From: Mizuhopecten yessoensis
Lineage: Eukaryota
Direction of reading: 5' to 3'
DNA: 64,000 bases
Assembly (NCBI RefSeq): GCF_002113885.1
Contig: NW_018408493.1
Span: forward strand, 1,027,249 to 1,091,248
Shown here: positions 12,701-25,200 of the stretch, in pieces
How positions within the stretch are numbered: position 1 is the first letter of the stretch
How the letters are laid out: the number at the start of each line of letters is the position of its first letter
Translations under genes and position numbers: made by a program
The notes under the pieces: generated by a model
The model's input: only the letters and a program-made list of their open reading frames with translations
Databases searched by the model: none
Told to the model about the DNA's origin: nothing

Positions 12701-15679
12701 TAGTTATACATCCATCACATATGTATGGGAAAAAAATGACTTTGTATAATTACCTACATTATTGTATAAGATATGGTATGTCAGTGTAAACAAATTATAC
12801 AGCGTATCTTGCCTAAAATGTGCGAAGGTATTCCATCAATCACATTTAAATGAAATTAGAAGTGCTGATGAGACGTATATTTGACCCAGACTATTATGAA
12901 ATAGGATACATAAGCTAGACAGCGATAATGCTATTTTGAAAATATGCAGGAAAATCAGATATTTTAAAACAATTGTTAATATGAATATCTGTTTAATTCG
13001 TTTTTTTACTTAATAAAAATGATAACTTTCATGCTAATTGGTGTTTGTCTCAGGCATTCATGGGAAGCTGCTTCAAATCAAGAACGTTTCCAGACACTGT
13101 AGTACATCGTACAGATGTGTGGCTTCGAATGAACTTTCCAGAACTCCTGCGGAGCAGAATATCAAGATTCGAGTGGACTGTAAGTTGAATTTGTAATCAG
13201 TATTGAAATAATAATTTTAAACAAAATCAAAGGATTGTGCTTGTTTTTCATTGGTGGGTATTTACATCTCTATTAGCGGTCAAGAAAAATTAGCAATTAG
13301 TGACCTCCGCATATTCATGTACATTCCAACAGAGAGTTAGCATACAAGTAGTTACATGTACGAAATAGCATGACAGTTGAAGCCGGAAGATAAGTTCAAG
13401 GAACACAACTGCGACCCTTTGACCAATTATAAATGAGTCACATTATCGTTTAACTTATACATATGTAGTAAATGTAGCTATAAGATTATAATGGGATTTT
13501 TTTTTATATTTTTGTCATTTTTGGTAGTTAATTAACAATGGCCTAGTATTTACTGCAAAAGTATGAATATTGATTCTGATCAATCCATGTTTCAACGTTG
13601 GTTGAAGAGTGATTTTCGTTGAGACTTTTCAAATTATGTCACAAATGTGTTTAATGGAAGCGTTGTGATAATATTTTATGCTTTGCTGTCATGGCGAATA
13701 CCAAAGTAGTCGATCCTATGAAACTAGATAAAAAAAAACAGCGCGTAATACATGATAACAGAAAACTGACCTTTTTTTACATGTTGTAAGTGTACAATAG
13801 ACTTTGCTAAATATAGTCACTTGGATGAAATGGGATGTGTGATAAGTATCCTTGACCACCGTGAATGCCATACTGGGAAAATGGAGTCTGTGATATATTT
13901 GATATAAGTAAACTATAAATGTATAAAATGACCTCAAATGTGTAGAGCTGGTTACTGGCAATGATCCAAAACAAACATCATTGCCCTTCAATTTGTAAAC
14001 ATTATGTAAAGTGGGAGAGAGCTCAACTGGATTAATGCCCATTGCAGAAACAGGAAGTCAAACTTATATTTTAAGTCAAAATAATATAGGATTGATTATA
14101 TCAACTATCTGTACGTTGGTATAGGGTATACATCATTTCCTTTCTGAGGTTGACAGTGAATTTAATAACTACTAAACAAAGAACTTTTGATTGTAACGAG
14201 GACCGTTACAGAAGTCCTCTTGGTTACCACCAAAGCTGCAAACGACGATTCAAAATGAGTGTTTATTGCCATAATGTACTACACTGTCGACAGGGATCGT
14301 TGGCATCACCTTGGCGTACACCTCTAAATGTATCAATCAAAAAGAGGCCACGCCAGCCATGTTTGATAACCGATCAGAAAATGAAACGCGTAATCATAAT
14401 AAAGATACAGCTATAACAATAGGTCCTCCACTTCGTTTCAGTGGGTTTTGTTTTACATGTATGATGTTTTTAATTTGTAAAATTACTAATTAGACTAAGA
14501 TTTTGTCATATTATAAACATATGTAATTATTGTAATCGACCACGAATATTTAGGTTGTAAACTAACTTTCACAGTAAACTTTTGGTTTAGAGTAACATCT
14601 CTTATTTAGAATTATCCAATAATTCACTATGATTCTAAACTGTCTATCAACGTAATCTTGTGTTCTTTTCAAAAGCGTCATCACTTATTGTGTACTTTCA
14701 AATGTGTCATCGATTCTTGTGTACTACTACTTGTACTAAATATGACATCAATTCATTTAGCAAGTTCAGAACTGTTATTTATAATAAGAATGTTAAATTC
14801 TCTCTTTGTGAAACTCTTCTGAATACAAGATACCTGCCAGCGTAGGGCAGCAAATATCCTGAAATAGCTTCAGTTGGTTTTGATGTAGGCATCAGTAGTG
14901 CAAAAATAAAGAGCTACAGAGTGAGGAAATAACTTTTTTTATATAATGGAACATAAACGCTTTATTCCTCCTTTTGCTAAACTTCAAAATTCTCACTAAA
15001 GGGTAACTAGAACATATATACTTCGAGAACTTCCTTTTATTATCGATTATTATTTAACATTGGTAAATAAACAAGCAAAACTGCAAAAGTTGCCTGACGT
15101 CAGCAGTCTTATCCAAGCCTACCATTGCATGCGGGTTCGATGGTTTTCAAAAGTTCTAGATAAACAATGTTGGTGATACCGATGTATTTATAAATATCAT
15201 TCCAAACATGCATTTGATGCACTCATTTGTAAACAAAAACAAAAAAACTTTGTTTTGCAGTTCGTGCTATGGCCGATCTCGACATATACAGTGAGGATTA
15301 TTGTGGTACTTCCACTGATGATCTCGGGGAGACAATAAAAGTAAACACAACAGGAGATTCCTATGTGGAGAAGAGTGAAGGATCAAGAGTGTCGCTTGTT
15401 TGTAGCGGATCTGGTTCTCCGAACGCTACCATAGAATGGCTTAGGCACTATAAGGGTCAACTCATCAAAATCTCAACTCTAGGACACGGGGATCAGATTG
15501 ACAATACCCACCAACTTGAGTCTTTTGTGACCGCGGTCTGTCCTTCTTTATTCATTGACGAACGAAGGTTTCGACTAACCTTTCAGGTTTTTGACGATAT
15601 GTTCACGACATACGTTTGCCGTACGTCAAACAAATATGGCGTCGACGAAATGGCGATGACAGTCAAGAAGGCAATGTGA
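6730..15679 (+). CDS. Three-Ig-domain lachesin/IgLON-like protein, 7 coding exons, 359 aa, signal peptide
   Basis: Exons 6730-6740, 7761-7825, 10767-10834, 11211-11439, 11887-12048, 13054-13179, 15261-15679 join in frame with GT-AG sites. N-term MLGSYFVLVTVMTWTIAMA; Ig motifs RFDC..MIWK..DDEGIYEC, LWCNASGFPIPSVLW..SYRCVASN, LVCSGSGSPNATIEW..YVCRTSNKYG; AATAAA at 15751. Confidence 0.85.
6815..7470. repeat. About 230-bp tandem triplication (one old copy, two near-identical copies joined at an N)
   Basis: TCTCTTTATCT..GTGTACTTG.GTATTTGC recurs at about 6817, 7041 and 7275; N at 7266. Confidence 0.7.
7468..7555 (+). mobile_element. Truncated SINE head, same family as 1196-1413
   Basis: GTGGCCAAGTGGTTATTGTGTCTGACATTCTGCTATCACTAGCCC..CACTGGGTTGCGGGTTCGA aligns to the 1196 copy. 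Confidence 0.7.
7761..7825 (+). CDS. Ig gene exon 2 (signal peptide)
   Basis: ATATAG| acceptor, G|GTAAG donor; YFVLVTVMTWTIAMATIDNSD, in frame with ATG exon 6730-6740. Confidence 0.7.
7939..8299 (-). mobile_element. Miniature non-autonomous LTR retrotransposon (TRIM) whose LTRs contain a tRNA-like sequence
   Basis: Direct repeats 7939-8065 and 8172-8299 with TG...CA ends, 4-bp TSD ATTG, polypurine tract on - strand at 8066-8080, cloverleaf-like tRNA sequence in each LTR. Confidence 0.85.
8310..8548 (-). mobile_element. tRNA-derived SINE with V-like core
   Basis: Minus strand: TTGGCACAGTGGATAGCGC head and GGTTTTCTCTGGGTACTCCGGTTTCCTCCCACA core. Confidence 0.7.
8695..10400. repeat. Intronic minisatellite, 26-27-bp unit ATGCTTATGTCTACCATTGATGC(GGT/TTT)
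   Basis: Roughly 60 directly visible degenerate copies over 1.7 kb. Confidence 0.95.
10767..10834 (+). CDS. Ig gene exon 3 (Ig1 N-half)
   Basis: VTIISAKITAEVRFDCSRRSDNE; phase 1 to phase 0, GAG|GTGAGA donor. Confidence 0.75.
11211..11439 (+). CDS. Ig gene exon 4 (Ig1 C-half)
   Basis: VMIWKV...DDEGIYECAA...YDFRIE; TTTCAG acceptor. Confidence 0.85.
11887..12048 (+). CDS. Ig gene exon 5 (Ig2 N-half)
   Basis: EGNTARLWCNASGFPIPSVLW. Confidence 0.9.
13054..13179 (+). CDS. Ig gene exon 6 (Ig2 C-half)
   Basis: GKLLQIKNVSRHCSTSYRCVASNELSRTPAEQNIKIRVD; CAG acceptor, GTAAG donor. Confidence 0.85.
15261..15679 (+). CDS. Ig gene terminal exon (Ig3)
   Basis: VSLVCSGSGSPNATIEW...TYVCRTSNKYGVDEMAMTVKKAM*; TTGCAG acceptor. 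Confidence 0.85.
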
Positions 15680-16612
15680 AAGATTTCGTTTAAAATTATG
15701 CAAATGTTCGTCTCGATACACCACGGGTCTTTGAGTGTAATACAAAAACAAATAAATGCTTGAATAATTCTTTAATAGGTAGTTATATACATGTGATGTC
15801 TATCTACATATGTGTCCAAATAAGTGTTTGTGTATTCGTTGTTTTCGGATCACTGCAGATTACATTTCTGTTTAAATTTATGATCTCTAAGGCAAGTTTT
15901 GTACAATCATGAGACATCATGGTAGTAAAACAAAGCTAACGTTGATCAAAGTCTCTTCTTTTCCAAAAGATCTTTATTCGATTACCTTGACAAATATTAG
16001 CGGTTAAGTTAGATTTAACTGTGTATGAAATATTCTTCTGTACTGTTATTAGTTCATCGGTTCAAGTTGGGAGAAATATCGTTAAAAGCCGCCGAAGTCG
16101 TAATACATATAATGTATATCCGGTCAATTTACATCGTCTAAAAATTAAACCTTAATTGTTAAGCAGACATATATGTTACTTTCCCTTTAATGGTTTTGTA
16201 GTTATAAAAACCTAAAGAAAACGCTTTTGTGAATGTAGTCATAGAAACGCTATACAAAAACGTTAATTAGATACTCAATGTTCTTTGGTTGATTGAGTAA
16301 AACCTTGCTATGGTCGACGTAAGGACTACGGGAGATGTCACCAGACTGTTCCGCACGCGATATATTTAAAGTTTACATGCCATGGCCATACTTAACCAAA
16401 CGAGTCGATGGCAGCAATATTTCCAGACTTTAAACTCAGTCCTATACACGTGGCTGCTCAGTTCTGGTGTAGACACTGCTAGAGAAAGTGTCTTCAGTGT
16501 CGGCATTTTGTTTTGACTCCCTACGTTCGAGCACTTGTTGTTTTCAAACTCTGCGGATAAAGTGTTTAATCCTTTTAGAGGAGACAGCTTTAAATATTGG
16601 CAGGAAAAAAAC

Positions 16613-16915
16613 GATCATACAAATGTATCTAGAATCGCTGTGTCTTGAAGCCACTGACTTACACTCGGACAAAATCGCTTATGAGACTCACATTTAACAG
16701 TTCTCCTCGTCAACTGACAGACTGTTCTTTTGGTTTTACGTCGCATACAAGTTGCCCGTCGTTATTNTGATCGTACAAATGTATCTAGAATCGCTGTGTC
16801 TTGAAGCCACTAACTTACACTCGGACAAAATCGCTTATGAGACTCACATTTAACAGTTCTCCCCGTCAACTGTTCTTTTGGTTTTACGTCGCATACAAGT
16901 TGCCCGTCGTTATTT
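16613..16915. repeat. About 150-bp near-identical tandem duplication across an N
   Basis: GATC.TACAAATGTATCTAGAATCGCTGTG...GTTGCCCGTCGTTATT twice; N at 16767. Confidence 0.8.
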
Positions 16916-17636
16916 CGTCAGGGGGATTTCGCCGATGCAACACCGGTCACTGATTTTTATGATATGCTAGTACTTCTTCTCAAATATACTTCAGCAGCAT
17001 CTGATTTTAGATTCTACAAATGAATTCTGACATCACCAGTCAATCGTAAGTACAAATTTATGCGACAAATATTTGATTAATAAATATTTTTTATATGTTA
17101 CATTGATGCTTTTCTGAATTAAAGAAAACTTCTTTATTAAATAAACTTTTTTTGTCGGTGAGCAATATTTATGTCTATCCTTCAATGTAAATACAAAAAT
17201 AAGTTATGAAAATGATGATTTGATTGGCAAATTAACATAACAGTTACTCGAGGGACAGATCCCGTCTTTTAGATATTACAAAAACGCGTATCACACTAAC
17301 TTAAGGTTGGTATGGTTTCAACTGCTATACAAAGATGGAAGATAACAATTCGATGAAATAAACAATTATCAAATCATTTATACTAACAACACAAAACAAG
17401 ATATCAAATTTTGATTAAATTACATACTGTCCATACAAATGTACATAAGCAATATATATGTAATATACAAGTTATTTTAACAAATATTCCCATGATATCC
17501 GGTTTTTCAAAACATATTTCTTTTAACAATGTAAGGTCAACAACGCATTAAGGTTTTTCTCTTGAAAGAACTTATACACATGTAATAAATCTGAATTCTT
17601 AATTCAGTTTTAAGGACAGGTTTCACTTTTACGAAG

Positions 17637-18758
17637 ATGACGACTGGATTTATTCAACTCCCAAACACAGCGTCAACCGGAAATGACGACAATATAACTG
17701 AAATTATTGACAACCAGACATATGGAGGGAATATGACGTCACCAGTTTCATTCGTGCAGGAAAGTCAGTTAGAATATGCAACTTCAATAATATCAGTTAT
17801 CGTTTTTATTGTTGGCCTCATTGGAAATATGTTAACACTTAATATAATATCCAATACAAAATTCCGGAACTTATCATCCCGAAAGTTTTTGGCTGCTTTG
17901 AGTGTGTCCAACTCACTTCTTCTACTAACACAAGTATTCAACAGAAAATACGTGATACAGATTTTCGGCTTCGATGCACGAGCTATCTCTACAACTGGAT
18001 GTAAGACATTTTTTGTCATGTTCAAGACAGCGAAAATGACATCCTCGTTGTTTGTGGTATCGATTTCTGTAGAGCGATTTATTGCTGTTTGGTTCCCGCT
18101 CAAAGTTAAATTCGTTTGTGTTAACCATGTTGTATATATTGTTATCGCTATAGTCTACATTTTGATTGGATCTTTTAATTCTGTTTGGTCATTTAGTTCC
18201 GGGGTCATAGGGGGCATTTGTCATCCAGATATTGTGACATCATCAATCGCACAACAACACAAGGTGTTACTCATCATTGGGTCCTTGCTTTATTCTATCA
18301 TCCCTTTGATCATTTTAATCTTTGTCACTCCTTTCATAATGGCTAAACTCGTTAGCGGAAACAAACAACGTCGGAAAATTTCGCAAACAACATCAACAAG
18401 AATAATTAATCGAAACAACACCCACGCGTCAATATTGGTCCTTTGCATTTTGATATCATACATGCTTCTTGTTATCCCTATTACCATATTTCATAATGTG
18501 GCTTTTTTTAAAGGAGTACGAGCTTTTGGTGAGAACGATGAAAGTTTCGAAACGTTTAAATCTATTGCGCAAATGCTTGAGCAAATAAATTACGCCATCA
18601 ATTTCTTCTTGTATACCATGGTGTCGGAAAAATTTCGTCGTCATCTGCTTGAAATGTTTTGCTGTCATAAAATTCGAGCTATGCGAGACTCAACGTTTCG
18701 AGGTTTATCCAAACGCACTGTTGTGTATACTATTAGCGCCGAATCTACCACCAAATGA
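17637..18758 (+). CDS. Rhodopsin-like (class A) GPCR, invertebrate peptide/FMRFamide-receptor-like orphan, single coding exon
   Basis: 373-aa ORF with 7 hydrophobic segments; TM1 GLIGN, TM3 ISVERFIAVWFP, TM5 YSIIP, TM6 LLVIP, TM7 NYAINFFLY followed by FR helix 8; N-terminal N-glycosylation sites (NIT, NQT, NMT). Confidence 0.93.
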   Translation: MTTGFIQLPNTASTGNDDNITEIIDNQTYGGNMTSPVSFVQESQLEYATSIISVIVFIVGLIGNMLTLNIISNTKFRNLSSRKFLAALSVSNSLLLLTQVFNRKYVIQIFGFDARAISTTGCKTFFVMFKTAKMTSSLFVVSISVERFIAVWFPLKVKFVCVNHVVYIVIAIVYILIGSFNSVWSFSSGVIGGICHPDIVTSSIAQQHKVLLIIGSLLYSIIPLIILIFVTPFIMAKLVSGNKQRRKISQTTSTRIINRNNTHASILVLCILISYMLLVIPITIFHNVAFFKGVRAFGENDESFETFKSIAQMLEQINYAINFFLYTMVSEKFRRHLLEMFCCHKIRAMRDSTFRGLSKRTVVYTISAESTTK

Positions 18759-19164
18759 TTTGTTTGTCCATCAGCGCTTTGTTGTGCATAAACAAAAATG
18801 CATTAAAGATGGCGCTGTTAGCTAGATTGAAAGATATGTATCAATAATTGAAACCATAAGGCCGTTGACCAAAATAACTATGGCTATCAAATTATGTATT
18901 TGTGTAGTTATCATTTGTTTATAAAAATCAAATATTTTTCTTCTGTGGTCCTTTTGTTAACAAAATGAAGACATTCACGAATCCTACAACCTGTGAAATC
19001 TGACCGTTAAACTGATTGTTCTGTGCATGGAAAGGAAACTGGAAAACCTAGTTTTACGTACTAATCTGTCTATTTTGTGTATCACGATTTTAGTGATGTA
19101 ATTAAACACTATGTAAATAATTAGATTTGTGCTAAGAGCAATCTAACTAATGAGGGAAATAATC

Positions 19165-19656
19165 CCCCGGGGTCCAACCCTGCAGGTCGGGGATCGGGAA
19201 AAGAATACACCTGCTGTAACCCACTGCATGTGTCCGGAGGAGGCGACAAATGTGTGAACCCCTGCATAATTAGGGATTTGCTTTGGTGTCCTCTATTTGA
19301 GGACACAAAAGCGACCAAAATATATCTGCTGCGCCCATTGCAATATTTGGGATCTTTATCTTGCTTTCTACTTCTAACTAACTATTATTTCCTAGCGCCG
19401 TGCTTGGCAACACCTCAGATTTGGCTTGAATGTTGAGCTTTCGTCCAGGTGAGGAAGGCAATGGGTTCTGTCCCCAGGCCGAGACATACCAAAGTCCTTA
19501 AAAATGGTAGTTGTTATTCCCTGCTTAACGTTCAGCATTAAGGGGAATGGCAACAACTGGTTCATCCGTTGTCAGTATAATATGACTGGGCGGAATGCTG
19601 TGCTGGGTGCCTTCGGCATGGTGTTTCAGTGAGATAGCACTACAAAGTCGGCATCA
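19165..19656 (+). mobile_element. Composite SINE-like repeat with Meta-domain-like 3' part
   Basis: GC-rich island in AT-rich DNA; CCGAGACATACCAAAG..AAAAATGGTAGTTG..GTCAGTATAATATGACTGGG..CAGTGAGATAGCACTA resembles molluscan Meta-SINE cores (recognised by eye); ends at N 19657. Confidence 0.55.
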
Positions 19657-22600
19657 NTAAAGTCATGATGTGTGGAAAACTGCATAGAAGAATTCTTTTT
19701 TGAAATAATCAAGATACATTCAAACCGTAGAAGATTATAAAGAACCCTTTTTTACGGATTTGTTCAATGTCAGGTAATGTAATTCTGAAAATACACAAAT
19801 TGTTTAAAATTTGTTGTGTCAACATCACAAAACAAATATTTATTTTGAAAATATCTGTTAAATTTGACATTGTAAATGTTCATAATATATATTGTTTCGA
19901 ACCAGGATTGCCATTTTGTGCGAACAATTACATGTTTTAATGTTGTTAAATGCTTTAACTATGACACAGTGATGAATATCGTTATCAACATTGCATTTTT
20001 TATTGCTCGAGAACTTCCATTTTTGAAGTGAGTTGTCACGAAGACGTATGTTGAATTTTGCCGCATACCGCCGTTGTGAAGATATTTTGACGTTTTGACG
20101 CCAACTTTTATTACTTCCATTTGAACCATATCTTTTCCAATAGTTTGCGGCAAGGTAGCTTTAAGTATGTATTTAACTAGGGACTGGGTTTTTTGTAAGT
20201 TTTTGAATATATGAGCAACCTGCCAAATTATTCAGTTTCTTGCCAAACAATTGATGTAGCTTTCCTAGATAAAGTCACTAAGCTTTAAGGATCCCCGTTT
20301 CACTGCCAAAAGCCATAACTACGCCTTAGAATTGTTCTTCTCTGGCATGACTATAGCTTTGAAAAATCATTTCTGAAAAGATGGGACTTTTATGGAGAGA
20401 AAAAAAGAAGAAAATACATTGTAAAAGTTAATGATATTGGGGGTTTTTTCTGTCCTGTTTAATATGTGAAGTTAATAAATATACTGCAGATTTAAATTTG
20501 GAATTTTGTTATATCTGGTAAAAATTGGTTTTACAAAACTGGTGACAAACCTGCGAAATCTATTTTCACAACAGTAAGTCTTTGAAGAATATTGACTGGA
20601 AAAATTAGTCATATTTCTTTCTTTAAAATAAAAGTGATGATCGCAAATCAATAGCCAATGAAGGTTTTAGCCGTTTATTAATCCTATCGCATCCACCTAG
20701 TCTGTTATAGATGCATATCGCTGATATACGCTATAGTTACTTTACTTATCATTATACGTACTTAACTGTCTGGTGATGAGTTTCCTTATGTCAATAAATC
20801 TCTAAATCATCATGTTAACATTTTTGTTTTCTCTTCATGGCACTTTAGCAAACGATAACCGGAAATAGTAACAGCGACCGTAACTCTGGCACACACAAAC
20901 CCATTGTTCTCATGTCTCATTAACGTCGATTGTTTAAAGCTTGATAAACAAATTCGTCCACAAATGAAGTCATTAGATCGATGACAAAACACTTTCTTAT
21001 AATGGTTATGGTGACTTTGACCTTGACATCCTGAAAGACAATCTTGTCCGTAAACATACACGACCATTGTGTGACTTTTGTTTAAATTTAGTTGAGAAAA
21101 CGAGTCGCTAGAACGATGACGACGATATTTTACAAACAGTAACGCTTACATTGACCTTGACCTTGACCTTGGGAGTTAGAGTTTTATAAAAAGTTACTGC
21201 TTATTTTATTTTAATATTGACGATAATATTTTAAATTCCATTTAATTATAACCTTGTTACATTCTAGTAAATAAGTAAAATACACCACCTTCATCATGCT
21301 CTCAGTTCGGAAGCATCGTAGAAAAACATCAAGATCAAACTTGCTTGAACAGATTGAATGAAGTACAAATGATAATGATAAATATAATAGTGTCTGGAAC
21401 ATAGCGTACATGTGTTTGCCGACTTTTTCCATTATTACATTCATTTATTGGTGCCATCACTTATTCTTCATCCTCATTGGTTGAAACATTATCACGTTGA
21501 AATTGGTATTAGAAACATTAGACCAATATTCGCTTTATGACGTAACTTGCATTGTAACGTCACAATGCTCTCTGCTAAATGCAAAACCTATCTCTAGACG
21601 ATTCACTTACGCCTCGGCTTGACTAATGATATAAAGATGATGATTTCATATGTAATTTAACAATTAATGACTTCGATGATTTCAGTAAATGTGTGTTGTA
21701 TCGACCTGGACTTCGTCTCGGTCAATATCATTTTCTCAGGTTCACATAACCACAAATTCACCTCAACAAAGTCCATAATTGATCAATATTGGGATGGTAT
21801 ATATTGTCAATGTGAACAACGTTGAGTGACAGGACCTGTAAAGTATATGCCAATTTCTTTCGATGATTCACACATACTGTACTGTACATTAACACGGACG
21901 GAAACACTCGACGTAAACATCCGTATTGTTGTATTGTTTTTGAATATCTCCTCTATACATACATTGTGTGTTCTTCCTCCTAAAACTATGTTATAATAGT
22001 GGTACATAGATACATAATGAGTGTCACACATACACCAATAAATTGTACTTATGAGCTATATCAAAGCTAACAAGGAACACCTGACTCCTTATGATGTAGT
22101 CTGCGATGTAATTGTCACAGGACGACCACACACGATGTTGTCCCAGTGACGTTTTTGTCATAGCCATTTATGTAATGAGGGTAGAGAGATATGATCATAA
22201 ACTTAATGAACTTCGTGTATAGAGATTTAACAAAATCACAGTGAATGTATAAGGAAATATTTATTTAGTAGCATTAGTTTTCTATCATTTCTGTGTATGT
22301 ATGATAGAACGGTACATAACATGTAATACATTTCTGTCTTACATCCTGTTTCACCTGAGTGACGTCACAAAGGGTCAACAATGGTGAAAATTGCGAAAAT
22401 TCCGATGCTGCAATTCGAAAAATGCCAACGAGATGGGGTTTTTTAAATGAAAATATATTTACCGTTAAGTAAAACAGATGGGATTCATGTTTTCTTTACA
22501 AACACAGTTAAGAGAAATGGGGCATGTTAAATCTCACTGACCGATACAGTGTATGACTTCGTGCAAAAACTTTGGGGGAAATATTTTCAAAATGGCTGCC

Positions 22601-24658
22601 AGTCAAAACCCATTTTCGTGTTATTTAGCTTATTCTGGTACTTACTCTTTTATGTACAGATGTGTACGATAGGGATACCCCAACTTCGTGATTTTCAAAT
22701 TTGTCATTTAAATAACCCTTCGGGTGAATTACCCCCGTCTCGTACCCCTTGGCATGAAATAGTCTTATAATATGCACTGATCATGTCTGTTTGGTTTATA
22801 CCATCATGTAATGAAACATTCATTAATTAATGGTAATTACTATTTACATTTTTAATTCATTAAAACATGTTGAATACATGTGCTGTACAATGATTGCCGT
22901 TTAAACCATATCAAAAAAGAAAACTACGTAATGAAAATACAACTCAAAGTAAAACGCCAATGTCACTTAACAAAAACAGAACAAAATCATTTTTTTCAAA
23001 AAAAAAATCACTTCATTATTATAGCATTTGTTGGTTACATTTAAGAAACATACATGAGCAAATGTTTAGGGAGAAAAAAAATATCAAAATTCAAAGGTCC
23101 TTTTCTAACCACTCTAACAGCGTGTTTGTTTTAATTGTTGTGGCTTAACGAAGAAACAATAAGGCTTATATCATAGATATCTAAAAATATACAGTACGTT
23201 ACATGGCGTGATCACAATTTTCACATGCAATTTATAAACACTATAGCTGCTGCTAGTGTCTTTGCTCTGAATTTGTATTCAATCTAGATCTGTTAGTTTC
23301 ATGTAATAAGCGACACACAAATAAGACCTCACGAGCGTTTTCATAATAAGAGGAAATATTTCTGAAGTGGATCCGGGATTTCTGTAAGGAGAGGACGGAA
23401 ATGCTAACATCGTTGGCACCCTTTCACTACCAGTTCTGGTTTTTCAGATTAATAAATGATCCTTCATTATATTTTAATAGATATTCAAATGAGACATACT
23501 GAAATACTTGTCTTGGGTTAAACACAATCGCCACAGTGAAGCAAAAGAACGCATTTTTGCAATTTTGTGAGAAATCAAATCTTTGACTTATTAAAACATT
23601 TAATTGATGATTTAATCATAACCTAGATGTTGCTTCATGCTTACAATTTTCCATTTCTACTTTGTCTCTATTTATAATTGTTTTGATTCATATGTTGCTC
23701 CTGAACAAATTTGCAGATGCATTTTTTTTAAGGCAAACGACCTATGCTGCATCGTTTATTGTGACTAATTTTAGAGTGAAGTACCAGTAATTATTTAACA
23801 TAACGCTTTGAATAAATAAAATAAAACTTGTAATACAATATGCATTTATATGCAGGGTGGTTATAATTAACTAAAGCATAATATAGGAATTATACAGTAA
23901 TAATAAAGATAATGCGTTCAGCAGAATTCTAAATATATCAAAGGTACATGTATAATTTTACGCAACTCAAAATCTAATCAAAACTAAATAAAGATGAAAA
24001 ACTAAAATTAAAAAAATATAGCAAAAGAAAAATAATGTCATATAATGCAAATGAGGGCTCTCTAGTGTTCAGTATAACCATTTATCATACAATTAGGAAA
24101 ACTGTTAGATGTTATAACAATTGAATGATAAATGATAAATGACAAAAGTAAATATTGAGTTAAAGACCTTATGTTCGTAGGACATACAATATGCAGATAT
24201 TGGCCTTAATGCCCCAACCCTGGCAATATTACTTTTTAACGTCTGCAAGAAGTGGATGTCCCCTAAAACTGTTGTACAATGACGCTGTTGACAAGAAAAC
24301 AATGGTTGATCTATAGATAGCAATAATGACGACATTGGCGTTGAATCCAAGGTAATTCATGCGTGACCTTTGTAGAAACATTGATGAACATCTGTTAAGA
24401 AATGAAGTCGGCAAATTGGAAGACGGGCATGGGAATCACTAAATGGTCGCAACCCCCTCCCCCGATAAACGTACGTGTGTAGTGTTACCAGTGTATAGAT
24501 CACAGATAAATGAGGTTTCAATTCTAAAAAGTATTTTCTATAATAAACGGTCATGATAAAGCATTATAAAATATTTCCTAATAGAAGCCGAATAAGTCCC
24601 ATAAGTATCATTGCCAAGAATACTCTTAAAGCCTTTCTACGTGCTGAGAATTTTCATT

Positions 24659-25200
24659 TCAACTTTCGTATATATGTGAATCTGAGGGAAGGCCCAACTT
24701 AGTATATGCGGATTCTGATGAATCGTGCATGTCATGTGCATCACCGTGCTCCAAAACATGAATGTTGTCGTTGTTGCTCATATTGTCACGATTTTTGTTG
24801 TCCACGTCATACTTTTTGATGTTGGTAGTATTATGGGCTGTATCATACGTTGGATTTACATACTGTGGTTTTGACGTGTTAGGTACTGCGTTATCGGATC
24901 TGTACGTAACAGTACCAGAGGTATCCATAGCGATCGACTCAGACCCGGACACATTTTCGACATGGAGCGGGTTATGTAACTGTAATGACCCATCGCGGCC
25001 CTGTTGTAAAATTTCGTTCCGGAACCGTTCGTGTCCCAGAGAACCTTTCTGGTTTTGTCGCCATTTTAAAACTAGGATGACTATCACAAAGAGGACGATC
25101 ACGAGAACACAGCCCAGTATGACACCCACAACTAATCCTGTATTGCCCTTCCTGTGCTCCGGTCCTGGTTCGGGTCCCTTCGTACTTGTTCCGGGAAAAT
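24659..25200 (-). CDS. SRCR gene terminal exon (stalk, TM, cytoplasmic tail)
   Basis: Hydrophobic TM followed by KWRQ; tail with YVNPTY, SAYTKL, HIYES*. Confidence 0.85.
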
